Positions 34,345 to 47,649 of a DNA stretch of 64,000 nucleotides are shown piece by piece. Each line of letters opens with the position of its first letter. Within the stretch, counting starts at the first letter, position 1. The position numbers were made by a program, and so were the translations under genes. This DNA comes from Escherichia coli. Its GTDB lineage: Bacteria; Pseudomonadota; Gammaproteobacteria; Enterobacterales; Enterobacteriaceae. The notes beneath the pieces were generated by a model. The model ran no database searches. It was given only the letters and a program-made list of their open reading frames with translations, and had not been told where the DNA came from. The stretch lies in NCBI RefSeq assembly GCF_048403405.1, contig NZ_CP183129.1. The stretch is one strand, 5' to 3'.

Positions 34345-35505
34345 CTAAAGCTGGCGCAGGCGTTCAGCTGCTGCCAGCAACGTCGATTCCTTCTTGGCAA
34401 AACAGAGACGAATCAGTTTATGTGGGAAGGGATCGGCGCAAAACACCGATAGCGGAATCGCCGCTACGCCGTGCTCCTGCGTCAGCCACTGGCAAAACTC
34501 AACGTCATCCAGGGTAGATACGGCGCTGTAATCCACCAGCAAAAAGTATGTACCTTCGCACGGTAAAATCTCCAGCCGGCTTTCATTTAAGGCATTCACC
34601 AGAATATCGCGCTTCTGGCGATAAAAGTCCGGTAACGCAAGATAATGCTCAGGTTCTGCACGTAGCATATCGGCAAGCGCCAGCTGTGCCGGGGTATTCA
34701 CCGAAAAGGTCAGATACTGATGTACCTTGCGAATTTCGGCACTGATGGGCGCTGGCGCAACGCAATAACCCACTTTCCAGCCGGTCATATGATAGGTCTT
34801 GCCAAACGATGACACCGCCACCGCCCGCTCACGCAGCTGCGGATGCGCCTGCACGCTGGCATGGCCCTGTTGTGAAAAGTTGATGTGCTCGTAAACTTCA
34901 TCGCTAATGACAAAAATCTCGTGCCCGGCAATTGCCTGCCACAAAGCGGCGAAATCAGCCTGCTGCCAGACAGTTGCACTGGGGTTATGCGGGGTGTTGA
35001 GGATCACCAGTCGGGTGCGCTCGCTTAACAATGCGGCAAATTCCTGCCAGTCCACGCGAAAATGCGGTGGTTGCAGTGCAATACGTTTCACTATTCCCCC
35101 CGAAAGCGCGATGGCGGGCGCGTAACTGTCATAGCTGGGATCAAAGCAGATCACTTCATCACCATTGCGCACCAATGCGGTAATCGCTGCATATAACGCT
35201 TCCGTCGCCCCTGCCGTTACGGTGATATCACTATCGGCATCCGGTTGATAGCCATACAGACGTTCCGTTTTCTGAGCAATCGCCTCGCGCAAGGCCTGCA
35301 CGCCAGTCATAGGCGCGTATTGGTTTGCCCCCTGGTCAACATGGTACGCCAGCCGCTCCTGCAAATAGCGCGGACCATCAAAATCAGGAAAGCCTTGCGA
35401 AAGGTTAATCGCCTGGTGTTGCTGCGCCAGCGCGCTCATCTGGGTGAAAATAGTGGTGCCAAGTTGTGGAAGTTTGCTTTGTGGAATCAGAGGGTTATTT
35501 GTCAT
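34345..35505 (-). CDS. ybdL: Methionine-oxo-acid aminotransferase (PLP-dependent, class I)
   Basis: 386-aa ORF; aminotransferase class I features. Confidence 0.9.
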   Translation of the reverse strand: MTNNPLIPQSKLPQLGTTIFTQMSALAQQHQAINLSQGFPDFDGPRYLQERLAYHVDQGANQYAPMTGVQALREAIAQKTERLYGYQPDADSDITVTAGATEALYAAITALVRNGDEVICFDPSYDSYAPAIALSGGIVKRIALQPPHFRVDWQEFAALLSERTRLVILNTPHNPSATVWQQADFAALWQAIAGHEIFVISDEVYEHINFSQQGHASVQAHPQLRERAVAVSSFGKTYHMTGWKVGYCVAPAPISAEIRKVHQYLTFSVNTPAQLALADMLRAEPEHYLALPDFYRQKRDILVNALNESRLEILPCEGTYFLLVDYSAVSTLDDVEFCQWLTQEHGVAAIPLSVFCADPFPHKLIRLCFAKKESTLLAAAERLRQL

Positions 35506-35612
35506 TTTTTATTGTGCCTGACGAAGTTGTGTTGAAGGCACTATAACACGATGCTAGCATTTGGCAATCAAGACGTTTAGATGTCTAAATAAAACAATAA
35601 GGACAACACAAC

Positions 35613-36701
35613 ATGCCTCACAATCCTATCCGCGTGGTCGTCGGCCCGGCTAACTACTTTTCACATCCCGGCAGTCTCAATCACCTGCACGATTTTTTCA
35701 CTGATGAACAACTTTCTCGCGCGGTGTGGATCTACGGCGAACGCGCCATTGCTGCGGCGCAAACAAAACTTCCGCCAGCGTTTGAACTGCCAGGGGCAAA
35801 GCATATTTTGTTTCGCGGCCATTGCAGCGAAAGCGATGTACAACAACTGGCGGCTGAGTCCGGTGACGATCGCAGCGTGGTGATTGGCGTCGGCGGCGGC
35901 GCACTGCTCGACACCGCGAAAGCCCTCGCCCGCCGTCTCGGTCTGCCGTTTGTTGCCGTTCCGACGATCGCCGCCACCTGCGCCGCCTGGACACCGCTCT
36001 CCGTCTGGTATAACGATGCCGGACAGGCGCTGCATTATGAGATTTTCGACGACGCCAATTTTATGGTGCTGGTGGAGCCAGAGATTATCCTCAATGCGCC
36101 GCAAGAATATCTGCTGGCGGGGATCGGTGACACGCTGGCGAAATGGTATGAAGCGGTGGTGCTGGCCCCGCAACCAGAAACGTTGCCGCTAACCGTGCGA
36201 CTGGGGATCAATAATGCGCAGGCCATTCGCGACGTCTTGTTAAACAGTAGCGAACAGGCGCTTGCCGATCAGCAAAATCACCAGTTAACGCAATCATTTT
36301 GCGATGTGGTGGATGCGATTATCGCCGGAGGTGGAATGGTCGGTGGTCTGGGCGATCGTTTTACGCGTGTGGCGGCGGCCCATGCCGTGCATAACGGTCT
36401 GACCGTTTTGCCGCAAACCGAGAAGTTTCTCCACGGCACCAAAGTCGCCTACGGAATTCTGGTGCAAAGCGCCTTGCTGGGTCAGGATGATGTGCTGGCG
36501 CAATTAACTGGAGCGTATCAGCGTTTTCATCTGCCGACTACGCTGGCGGAGCTGGAAGTGGATATCAATAATCAGGCGGAGATCGACAAAGTGATTGCCC
36601 ACACCTTGCGTCCGGTGGAATCCATTCATTACCTGCCGGTCACGCTGACACCGGATACGTTGCGTGCAGCGTTCGAAAAAGTGGAATCGTTTAAAGCCTG
36701 A
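35613..36701 (+). CDS. ybdH: Iron-containing alcohol dehydrogenase family (hydroxycarboxylate dehydrogenase)
   Basis: 362-aa ORF; glycerol-dehydrogenase-like GGGxxxD motif. Confidence 0.85.
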   Translation: MPHNPIRVVVGPANYFSHPGSLNHLHDFFTDEQLSRAVWIYGERAIAAAQTKLPPAFELPGAKHILFRGHCSESDVQQLAAESGDDRSVVIGVGGGALLDTAKALARRLGLPFVAVPTIAATCAAWTPLSVWYNDAGQALHYEIFDDANFMVLVEPEIILNAPQEYLLAGIGDTLAKWYEAVVLAPQPETLPLTVRLGINNAQAIRDVLLNSSEQALADQQNHQLTQSFCDVVDAIIAGGGMVGGLGDRFTRVAAAHAVHNGLTVLPQTEKFLHGTKVAYGILVQSALLGQDDVLAQLTGAYQRFHLPTTLAELEVDINNQAEIDKVIAHTLRPVESIHYLPVTLTPDTLRAAFEKVESFKA

Positions 36702-36710
36702 CGTACATAT

Positions 36711-36908
36711 TTAGCAGCAGCGCGCGCCGCCTTTTCCACCGTAGCGCGCGTCCTGCCGCTCACGGAAAAACTCCTCGTAGGTCATCGGCGTTTGATCGGG
36801 ATGGTTAACCCGCATATGTTCGACATAGTTGTCGTAATCAGGCATACCAATCATCAGTTTCGCCGCCTGACCTAAATATTTTCCGGCTTTTGCCAGTGAA
36901 TCAAACAT
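36711..36908 (-). CDS. ybdD: Small protein YbdD (DUF466), cotranscribed partner of cstA
   Basis: 65-aa ORF immediately downstream of cstA on the same strand. Confidence 0.8.
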   Translation of the reverse strand: MFDSLAKAGKYLGQAAKLMIGMPDYDNYVEHMRVNHPDQTPMTYEEFFRERQDARYGGKGGARCC

Positions 36909-37020
36909 CTAAACCTCCGGTAATACAAATGCCCTCCTGAATTAAGAGGGCTTAATTGCTATCAACACGCTCGGGCTGAGAGTAAGGGGAACGCTCAGCA
37001 CATCCCCCCTCACTCTGACT

Positions 37021-39126
37021 TTAGTGCGCGCCTTTCGCCTGCGCCACGATCTCTTCGACATTTTCCGGCATCGGCTCATATGGCGTTTCTTTCGCCGTTG
37101 GCTTCGGCTCTTTCAATGCCGCCAGTGCCGTCTTAATCGAGAACAGCGCCAGAACCACCACGACCACCATAAAGAAGATGGTTAACCCGGCATCAAGACG
37201 GTTGTTGAATACCAGTTGCGCCAGCTGTGACTCAGTATACTGCGACGGAATATTGCCGCTGTCGATCATTGCCTGGAACTTATTAGCAATCGCCAGGAAG
37301 CCGACTTTCGCATCCGGGCTAAACGCTTTCTGCCAGCCTGCGGTCAGGGTACAAATCAGCAGCCAGGCCGTTGGTACCAGCGCCACCCAGGCGTAACGTT
37401 GACGTTTCATTTTGAACAGCACCACAGCACAGAGCATCAGCGCCATCCCTGCCAGCATCTGGTTGGCAATACCAAACAGCGGCCACAAGGTGTTAATACC
37501 GCCCAGCGGATCGACCACACCCTGATGGAGGAAGTAGCCCCACGCCAGTACGCACAGCGCCGTTGCCAGCAGGTTAGCAGGCAGTGAATCGGTCCGTTTC
37601 AGGCCCGGAGACACCACGCCCAGCAGATCCTGCAACATAAAGCGCGCAGCACGCGTACCTGCATCCACCGCCGTCAGAATAAACAGTGCTTCAAACAAAA
37701 TGGCGAAGTGATACCAGAACGCCACATCCATCATGCCGCCCAGCGCGCCGTGCAGAATGTAGGCCATCCCCACCGCCAGCGTCGGCGCACCGCCCGCACG
37801 GGAAATGATCGACTGTTCACCCACTTCGCTGGCAATCTGGTTGAGCGTATCTGGTGTAATGCTAAATCCCCAGCTACTCACCACCTGCGCGGCAGAAGCA
37901 ACCACATCCGCCGTACCTGCCGGAGCCAGCACCGCCATCGGGCTGTTCATAGCGAAGTACACACCCGGATCGATGATACAGGCGGAAACCAGCGCCATAA
38001 TCGCCACGAAGGATTCCATCAACATCCCACCGTAGCCGATAAAGCACGCCTGCCCTTCGTTCGCCAGCATCTTCGGTGTAGTGCCGGAAGAGATCAGTGC
38101 ATGGAAGCCAGACACCGCGCCACAGGCGATGGTGATAAACAGGAACGGGAACAGGTTACCGGTCCATACCGGGCCAGTGCCATCGACAAATTTAGTTAGC
38201 GCAGGCATGGTCAGCGTCGGGCGCATAATCAAAATGCCCACCGCCAGACCGACGATAGTCCCGATTTTCAGGAAGGTAGAGAGGTAGTCACGCGGAGCCA
38301 GCAGCAACCACACCGGCAGCACCGCCGCCACAAAACCGTAACCCACCAGCATCCAGGTCAGCTGCACGCCGGTAAAGTCAAAGTACGGTGCCCAGGTCGG
38401 ACTTTCTGCCACCCAGCCGCCAGAGATAATGGCGAAAATCAGGAATACCAGACCGATGACCGACACTTCACCAATACGCCCCGGACGCAGATAGCGCAGG
38501 TAGATCCCCATAAACAGCGCCAGCGGAATGGTGAACGCAACGGTATACGTTCCCCACGGGCTATGAGTCAGGGCTTTCACCACGATCATCGCCAGTACGG
38601 CAAGGATAATGACCATGATCATAAAGCAGGCCACCAGCGCTATCACCCCGGCGGTTGGCCCCATCTCTTCTTTGACCAGCTCACCCAGCGAGCGACCGTC
38701 ACGGCGCGTAGAAACAAACAGCACCATGAAATCCTGCACCGCACCGGCGAGAACCACCCCGGCGAGCAGCCAGATCATCCCCGGCAGGTAGCCCATTTGC
38801 GCTGCCAGCACCGGCCCAACCAGCGGACCTGCTCCGGCAATGGCCGCAAAATGGTGACCGAACAGCACTTTCTTGTCCGTCGGCACATAGTCCAGCCCGT
38901 CGTTATGGCGCACCGCTGGCGTCATACGCGTCGGGTCAACCGCCAGCACATTTTTGGCGATATACAGACCATAAAAACGGTAAGCGATCAGATAGATACA
39001 GACCGACGCCACCACAATCCACAGCGCGTTGATCTGTTCCCCACGATTTAAAGCAATGTATCCCAGAGCAAATGCTCCCATTACAGAGAGCACTGTCCAG
39101 ACGAGGTATTTCCCTGATTTGTTCAT
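37021..39126 (-). CDS. cstA: Carbon starvation protein A (peptide/pyruvate transporter)
   Basis: 701-aa polytopic membrane ORF. Confidence 0.9.
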   Translation of the reverse strand: MNKSGKYLVWTVLSVMGAFALGYIALNRGEQINALWIVVASVCIYLIAYRFYGLYIAKNVLAVDPTRMTPAVRHNDGLDYVPTDKKVLFGHHFAAIAGAGPLVGPVLAAQMGYLPGMIWLLAGVVLAGAVQDFMVLFVSTRRDGRSLGELVKEEMGPTAGVIALVACFMIMVIILAVLAMIVVKALTHSPWGTYTVAFTIPLALFMGIYLRYLRPGRIGEVSVIGLVFLIFAIISGGWVAESPTWAPYFDFTGVQLTWMLVGYGFVAAVLPVWLLLAPRDYLSTFLKIGTIVGLAVGILIMRPTLTMPALTKFVDGTGPVWTGNLFPFLFITIACGAVSGFHALISSGTTPKMLANEGQACFIGYGGMLMESFVAIMALVSACIIDPGVYFAMNSPMAVLAPAGTADVVASAAQVVSSWGFSITPDTLNQIASEVGEQSIISRAGGAPTLAVGMAYILHGALGGMMDVAFWYHFAILFEALFILTAVDAGTRAARFMLQDLLGVVSPGLKRTDSLPANLLATALCVLAWGYFLHQGVVDPLGGINTLWPLFGIANQMLAGMALMLCAVVLFKMKRQRYAWVALVPTAWLLICTLTAGWQKAFSPDAKVGFLAIANKFQAMIDSGNIPSQYTESQLAQLVFNNRLDAGLTIFFMVVVVVLALFSIKTALAALKEPKPTAKETPYEPMPENVEEIVAQAKGAH

Positions 39127-39306
39127 AGTTGTTATCCGTGTGCGTGTCCATAGAGATGTTACATTTTGTTTCTATAACATCTTTGTACAATTTAACAACA
39201 CAGCAACCATGTAAATCGGAGTTGAAACCAATATTTAACTTAACAATGTTAACTCGATCACTCCGTTAACCGAGTTTTCCTGCAATCTCATTTAATTCTG
39301 TCGGGC

Positions 39307-40468
<1,162 letters not shown>

Positions 40469-40469
<1 letters not shown>

Positions 40470-41326
40470 TATTTCACCTCGCGGGAAAGTAGCTTCCACC
40501 AGGCGTCGATGGTCGGGTTTTTCGCCAGCATGACAAAGTCGATATCGCCATGCACTTTGCGCCAGCGCGCCGCCAGCGCCATCATGCGCACCGAATCCAG
40601 ACCGTAGTCGATCAGGTTGTCGTCATCGAACGGTTCATCGGACTCGTCCAGCAACGGCAGGATCACCTCACGCAGCGCCGCTTTGCTGGCGGGGATAGGT
40701 GCTGGCAGTAATTCTTCGGTCATCACCACCCGGCCAGAACGTCCGGCCACATATTTCAGCGACATCAAATGCTCGTCACGGCTGAAATCGGCCAGCGCAT
40801 CTGCCACCATAAACGGTTTAATATCGCGCATAAATGCGTCGGTTGCGGTGGTCATACAGCCAATGTGGGCATATACCCCGGTAATAATCAGCTGGTTACG
40901 TCCACTCTCTTTCAGCATTTGCTCCAGCGGGGAACGATGAAACGCGCTGTAGCGCCACTTCACCAGCACCGTGTCGTCGGCATCTGGCGTCAGGCTATCC
41001 ACCACCTTTTGCTGTTCCGGCGAACGGGTCAGGCCAGGCCCCCACATATCATTCAACAGCGCCCGATCTTCATCGCTCTGCTCTTTCGGCTGGGCGGTGT
41101 AATAAACCGGGATATTGTGCTGTTTGCAGTAGTCGCGTAGTGCCGCAATATTCGCGATCACCTGCTCCATCATCGGGCAGTTCTCGCCCCAGAAGCTGAC
41201 AAAATAGTCCTGCATATCATGGATTAACAACGCGGCACGTTGCGGTTCAAAGGCCCAGTCGACTTTATTCTGCGGAATATCGTGAGACTCCGGCAGTGCG
41301 TAAGCCTGTAATTTTGGAATAGCCAT
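40469..41326 (-). CDS. entB: Isochorismatase / aryl carrier protein EntB
   Basis: 285-aa ORF; isochorismatase domain plus C-terminal carrier domain (GLDSV). Confidence 0.95.
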
Positions 41327-41339
41327 CGTGTTCTCTCCT

Positions 41340-42950
41340 TCAGGCTGATGCGCGTGACGCCAGCCACTGACGTAATTGTTTTTTATCGACTTTCCCGACC
41401 GCCGTCAGCGGAAGTGAATCCACACACTCCACGCGATCCGGTAATTTAAATTCGGCAATACCCTGTTCACGCAGGAAACGACGCACCTGCACCGCGCGTA
41501 GAGGCTCTTTTACCACCAGATAAGCACAGCTTTTTTCGCCCATCAGCTCATCTTCCATGCTCACCAGTGCGGCGTAGATCACCGCCGGATGGCGCAGCAG
41601 CAGGTTTTCGATCTCTTCGGCAGCGATCTTCTCGCCGCCACGGTTGATCTGATCTTTCTCGCGCCCCTGCACGGTGATGTACCCCTCTGGATCAATAGAG
41701 ATCAGATCACCAGAACAGTAAAAACCGTTGGCATCAAAGGCGCTGGCATTGTGCTGCGGGCTTTTGTAATAGCCGCGGAAGGTGTACGGACCGCGCGTCA
41801 TCAGGCGTCCGACTTCCCCTTGCGGCAGTGGATTTCCTTCGGCATCGGCAACCCACACTTCATCGTCCGGACACATTGGATAGCCCTGGGTATGGATTAT
41901 TTTCTCCGCGCTATCATCAAGTCGGGTGTAGTTCACCAGTCCTTCCGCCATGCCGAATACCTGCTGTAACTGGCAGCCAATCTCTGCGGGAATACGCGCC
42001 GCAAGCGTGGCAGAAAGACGTGCACCACCGACCTGTAACAGTTTCAGCGAGGCAAGCTGCGCCCGGCTTTCGCCTTCGGTCAGCGCCTGTAACCACAGGC
42101 TGACTGCGGGTGGCACCAGCGCGGTGACGTTCACCTGATGTTTTTCAATCAATGGGAAGCAGAGCGTGGCGCTGGGGTCGGCAGCCAGAACGACAGTGCC
42201 GCCAGCGAGAAATACGCCCAGCGATCCTGGCGAACTCATGGCGTAGTTATGAGCCGCCGGGATCGCGCACAGGTAGCGTGTCTGTTGTGTGAACTGACAA
42301 ATCTCGACGCTACGACGCACGCTGTAGTAGTAGTCGTTATGAGTGCGCGGGATCAGTTTCGGTGTGCCGGTGGTGCCGCCGGAAAGCTGGAAATAGGCCA
42401 CTTCATCAGCAGGTGACGGCGTGGCAGTAAAATCCTCAGCCGGATGGTTAATCGCATCCTGCAAGTTATGCTCACCGCTGTCGTTGTGCAGTTGCACCAC
42501 GCGAATGGAGGAATGCTCTGCAACAAATGTATTGAGGAAATCATCTCCGCTAAACAGCGCATGCTGGCGATCGGCAATCAGTAACGCCGGTTCAATCTGG
42601 CTGGCATAGGCGTTCAGTTCACTACGCTGATGGCTGAACAGCGCCAGCACCGGCGCAACGCCCAGTTTCAGCAGTGCGAAAAAGGTAATGTAAAGTTCAG
42701 CGACGTTACCCAGTTGTACCAGCGCGGTTTCACCAGGTTTAATGCCCTGACGGCGTAAACTACACGCGAGGTTATCCGCCGCCTGATTCAGCTCTCGGTA
42801 ACTCAACTGCCGCTCGCCGTCGATAACCGCGATGCTGTCACTCGCAGCGTGGCGGGTCAGAATATCGGTCAGTGGCAAATCCTGCCAGTAGCCTTTTTCC
42901 CGATAGCGACGGGAAAACTCTTCCGGCCAGCGGGTGAATGGAATGCTCAT
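41340..42950 (-). CDS. entE: 2,3-dihydroxybenzoate-AMP ligase
   Basis: 536 aa from [12 protein letters not shown]...; adenylation-domain motifs. Confidence 0.95.
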   Translation of the reverse strand: MSIPFTRWPEEFSRRYREKGYWQDLPLTDILTRHAASDSIAVIDGERQLSYRELNQAADNLACSLRRQGIKPGETALVQLGNVAELYITFFALLKLGVAPVLALFSHQRSELNAYASQIEPALLIADRQHALFSGDDFLNTFVAEHSSIRVVQLHNDSGEHNLQDAINHPAEDFTATPSPADEVAYFQLSGGTTGTPKLIPRTHNDYYYSVRRSVEICQFTQQTRYLCAIPAAHNYAMSSPGSLGVFLAGGTVVLAADPSATLCFPLIEKHQVNVTALVPPAVSLWLQALTEGESRAQLASLKLLQVGGARLSATLAARIPAEIGCQLQQVFGMAEGLVNYTRLDDSAEKIIHTQGYPMCPDDEVWVADAEGNPLPQGEVGRLMTRGPYTFRGYYKSPQHNASAFDANGFYCSGDLISIDPEGYITVQGREKDQINRGGEKIAAEEIENLLLRHPAVIYAALVSMEDELMGEKSCAYLVVKEPLRAVQVRRFLREQGIAEFKLPDRVECVDSLPLTAVGKVDKKQLRQWLASRASA

Positions 42951-42959
42951 CCTCACTCC

Positions 42960-44135
<1,176 letters not shown>

Positions 44136-44149
44136 ATCATCCTCCACAA

Positions 44150-44184
44150 AATGATAAAGGCTTTAATAATGATTATCATTTATA
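44150..44184. promoter_or_regulatory. Fur box(es) in divergent entC / fepB promoter
   Basis: AATGATAAAGGCTTTAATAATGATTATCATTTAT: GATAAT-type iron-box repeats. Confidence 0.7.
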
Positions 44185-44276
44185 TTTTCGGTCGCTAACC
44201 TAAAAGCAAACGCGCACTATGTCAACTCTTGAGGTAACGCAATCTGCAACTCGGGGTTGCATCTGGTTGTGGTTAC

Positions 44277-44299
44277 AATGAAAATGAGAAGCATTAACT
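44277..44299. promoter_or_regulatory. Second Fur-box-like element upstream of fepB
   Basis: CAATGAAAATGAGAAGCATTAAC resembles iron-box consensus. Confidence 0.5.
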
Positions 44300-44323
44300 T
44301 CATTAATAACAGGAAGCTGATTT

Positions 44324-45280
44324 GTGAGACTCGCCTCGCTCTACCGCAACGCCCTTCTATTAACAGGACTTTTGCTTTCAGGAATAGTCGCAGTTCAGGC
44401 CGCCGACTGGCCGCGTCAGATTACTGACAGCCGGGGCACTCATACCCTGGAAAGCCAGCCGCAGCGTATTGTTTCCACCAGCGTCACCCTGACTGGCTCA
44501 CTGCTGGCGATTGATGCTCCGGTGATTGCCAGCGGCGCGACCACGCCGAATAACCGCGTCGCGGATGACCAGGGCTTTTTACGCCAGTGGAGCAAGGTGG
44601 CGAAAGAACGCAAACTGCAACGGCTCTATATCGGCGAACCGAGCGCCGAAGCCGTTGCCGCGCAAATGCCGGATTTGATTTTAATTAGCGCAACCGGCGG
44701 GGATTCGGCGCTGGCGCTGTATGATCAGCTTTCCACCATCGCCCCGACATTAATCATCAATTACGACGACAAAAGCTGGCAGGCGCTGTTAACGCAACTT
44801 GGCGAAATTACCGGGCATGAGAAACAAGCGGCAGAGCGGATTGCACAGTTTGATAAGCAACTGGCGGCGGCGAAAGAGCAAATCAAATTACCGCCGCAGC
44901 CGGTCACTGCCATTGTCTATACCGCCGCCGCGCACAGTGCCAATCTCTGGACGCAGGAATCAGCACAAGGACAGATGCTGGAACAACTCGGCTTTACGCT
45001 GGCGAAGTTACCCGCAGGGTTAAACGCCAGCCAAAGCCAGGGCAAACGCCATGACATCATTCAGCTTGGTGGGGAAAATCTGGCTGCAGGGTTAAATGGC
45101 GAGTCACTATTCCTGTTCGCCGGTGATCAGAAAGATGCCGATGCGATTTATGCTAATCCACTGCTCGCGCACCTGCCTGCAGTACAAAACAAGCAAGTTT
45201 ATGCGCTGGGAACCGAGACGTTCCGTCTGGATTACTACAGCGCCATGCAAGTGCTGGAACGACTTAAGGCGCTGTTTTAA
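44324..45280 (+). CDS. fepB: Periplasmic ferric-enterobactin binding protein
   Basis: 318-aa ORF, GTG start, signal peptide. Confidence 0.9.
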   Translation: MRLASLYRNALLLTGLLLSGIVAVQAADWPRQITDSRGTHTLESQPQRIVSTSVTLTGSLLAIDAPVIASGATTPNNRVADDQGFLRQWSKVAKERKLQRLYIGEPSAEAVAAQMPDLILISATGGDSALALYDQLSTIAPTLIINYDDKSWQALLTQLGEITGHEKQAAERIAQFDKQLAAAKEQIKLPPQPVTAIVYTAAAHSANLWTQESAQGQMLEQLGFTLAKLPAGLNASQSQGKRHDIIQLGGENLAAGLNGESLFLFAGDQKDADAIYANPLLAHLPAVQNKQVYALGTETFRLDYYSAMQVLERLKALF

Positions 45281-45283
45281 GCA

Positions 45284-46534
45284 TTAACTGTCGGACGCTG
45301 TCACCTGCGGCGGCGTCTGGCGAAAACGCCGCAACTCCACCAGCACCAGCAACAACAACACGCCGATAATCAACAAACCAAAACCGCTCGCGCTTGCGGA
45401 AGCAACCGGTGTCATCATCGCTCCCAGACCGCCTAACAGCGCCGCACCTATGGCATCGCCCGTCACGTTTTGCGCCGTCCACAAACCGTTAATCCGCCCT
45501 AACATCGCTTCCGGGGTTTGCGTTTGCAGCATTGTATATTGCAGCAACGAACTAACCGCGCTCAGCCAGCCGAACAGCGCCAGACAAACCACGCCTAAAA
45601 TCCACATCGGCATCAAGCCAAACAGCCCAATGGCGAGGAACGATCCCAGCGTGGAGAGCAGCATCAATAACCCTGGTCGCGCGCTATGTGCCAGCTTCCC
45701 GCTGGTTAACGCGCCAATAGCCGCGCCGAGCGGGATCGCCGCATAGAGAAAACCAATCTGTGCCGCCGACATCTGCCAGTTGTCAGCCAGCGCCGGATAC
45801 AGTACCCGCACCGCGCTCGCCATCGTCAATAAACCACCCAGCAGCGCAATCCCTCCCACCAGCGGGCTGGCGAGCAGAAAACGAAATCCTGCCAGTAATG
45901 ATTTCAACGGATGCTCACGCGGCTGCGGTGGCGGTGGCAACGCCGGAAGGCTTAACAACGGTAGCAAGGTAATAAACGTGCCCGCCGCCGCCAGCCCGTA
46001 GTTCCAGGCTACGCCGCCGGTCGCCAGCAATAAACCGCCAATCATAGGCGAAATCACCGACCCCAGACGCACGGTCAACATGGTGATCGCCCCGGCCTGC
46101 ATTAAGTTTTCACGCCCTACCAGTGCAGGTGTCGCCGCCAGTAGCGCCGTAACGCCAAGCGATGCGAAAAAACCATCCCATAAACCGAGTAAATAGATTG
46201 CCAATAGAGATGGCTCCGGCAGCAGTGCATTAAGGCACAGTCCAATGAAGCCAATGCCACAGGTGCCGCGCGCCAGCAAAATCACTTTTTTGCGTTCATA
46301 GCGATCCGCCAGCACACCGCCGACCATCAGGCCAACAAACATCGCGCCGCCGGTCAGCGTCACCGAAAGCCCCACCTGCCAGGTAGAATGCGTCATCATC
46401 TGGATCTGCACCGGTACCGCGACGCCGAGCAAACCCAGAGACACAATTGAGATAAAACGAGCGAGGAATACTGCGCGAAACGCCGGGTGCGTTTTCAACA
46501 GGCTGAGGTTAAGCAGCCAGGATTGTTTATTCAT
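45284..46534 (-). CDS. entS: Enterobactin exporter (MFS)
   Basis: 416-aa 12-TM ORF. Confidence 0.9.
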
Positions 46535-46606
46535 TACAATGCCTTGCCATCAAATATTTTAAATACCTATTCTTAGGCTGCACATGCTAACATATCAAAA
46601 TAAGAT

Positions 46607-46634
46607 CGATAACGATAATTAATTTCATTATCAT
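46607..46634. promoter_or_regulatory. Fur box in divergent entS / fepD promoter
   Basis: GATAACGATAATTAATTTCATTATCATG. Confidence 0.7.
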
Positions 46635-46644
46635 GGAAGTTCGT

Positions 46645-47649
46645 ATGTCTGGTTCTGTTGCCGTGACACGCGCCATTGCCGTGCCCGGATTGCTGTTATT
46701 ACTGATTATCGCGACGGCATTAAGCCTGCTCATTGGGGCAAAATCACTCCCCGCTTCCGTAGTGCTGGAGGCCCTCTCCGGCACCTGCCAGAGCGCCGAC
46801 TGCACCATCGTGCTCGACGCGCGGCTGCCGCGCACCCTTGCCGGTTTACTGGCAGGCGGCGCGCTTGGGCTTGCCGGGGCGTTAATGCAAACCCTCACCC
46901 GAAACCCACTTGCCGACCCCGGCTTGCTTGGCGTGAACGCCGGAGCCAGCTTTGCCATTGTGCTGGGTGCGGCGCTGTTTGGTTACTCTTCCGCACAGGA
47001 ACAACTGGCGATGGCCTTCGCCGGGGCGCTGGTGGCCTCGTTGATTGTTGCCTTTACCGGCAGCCAGGGCGGCGGGCAGTTAAGTCCGGTGCGTTTAACC
47101 CTGGCGGGCGTGGCGCTGGCGGCGGTGCTGGAAGGGCTGACCAGCGGCATCGCCCTGCTTAATCCTGACGTCTACGATCAACTGCGTTTCTGGCAAGCCG
47201 GTTCGCTGGATATTCGCAATCTACATACCTTAAAAGTTGTGCTGATCCCGGTGCTGATCGCCGGAGCAACCGCGCTATTACTGAGCCGCGCGCTGAACAG
47301 TTTAAGCCTCGGCAGTGACACCGCGACGGCGCTGGGTAGTCGCGTGGCGCGCACACAGTTGATTGGTCTGCTGGCGATTACCGTGCTTTGTGGTAGTGCG
47401 ACGGCGGTAGTTGGCCCGATTGCCTTTATTGGCCTGATGATGCCGCATATGGCACGTTGGTTGGTGGGTGCCGATCATCGCTGGTCGCTGCCCGTCACAC
47501 TGCTTGCTACCCCTGCCCTGCTGCTGTTTGCCGATATCATCGGGCGGGTGATTGTGCCCGGCGAACTGCGCGTTTCTGTAGTCAGTGCCTTTATTGGCGC
47601 ACCGGTGCTGATCTTCCTCGTGCGACGTAAAACGCGAGGTGGCGCATGA
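46645..47649 (+). CDS. fepD: Ferric-enterobactin ABC permease FepD
   Basis: 334 aa from MSGSV...; ATG at 46633 overlaps the Fur box and was not used. Confidence 0.9.
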   Translation: MSGSVAVTRAIAVPGLLLLLIIATALSLLIGAKSLPASVVLEALSGTCQSADCTIVLDARLPRTLAGLLAGGALGLAGALMQTLTRNPLADPGLLGVNAGASFAIVLGAALFGYSSAQEQLAMAFAGALVASLIVAFTGSQGGGQLSPVRLTLAGVALAAVLEGLTSGIALLNPDVYDQLRFWQAGSLDIRNLHTLKVVLIPVLIAGATALLLSRALNSLSLGSDTATALGSRVARTQLIGLLAITVLCGSATAVVGPIAFIGLMMPHMARWLVGADHRWSLPVTLLATPALLLFADIIGRVIVPGELRVSVVSAFIGAPVLIFLVRRKTRGGA

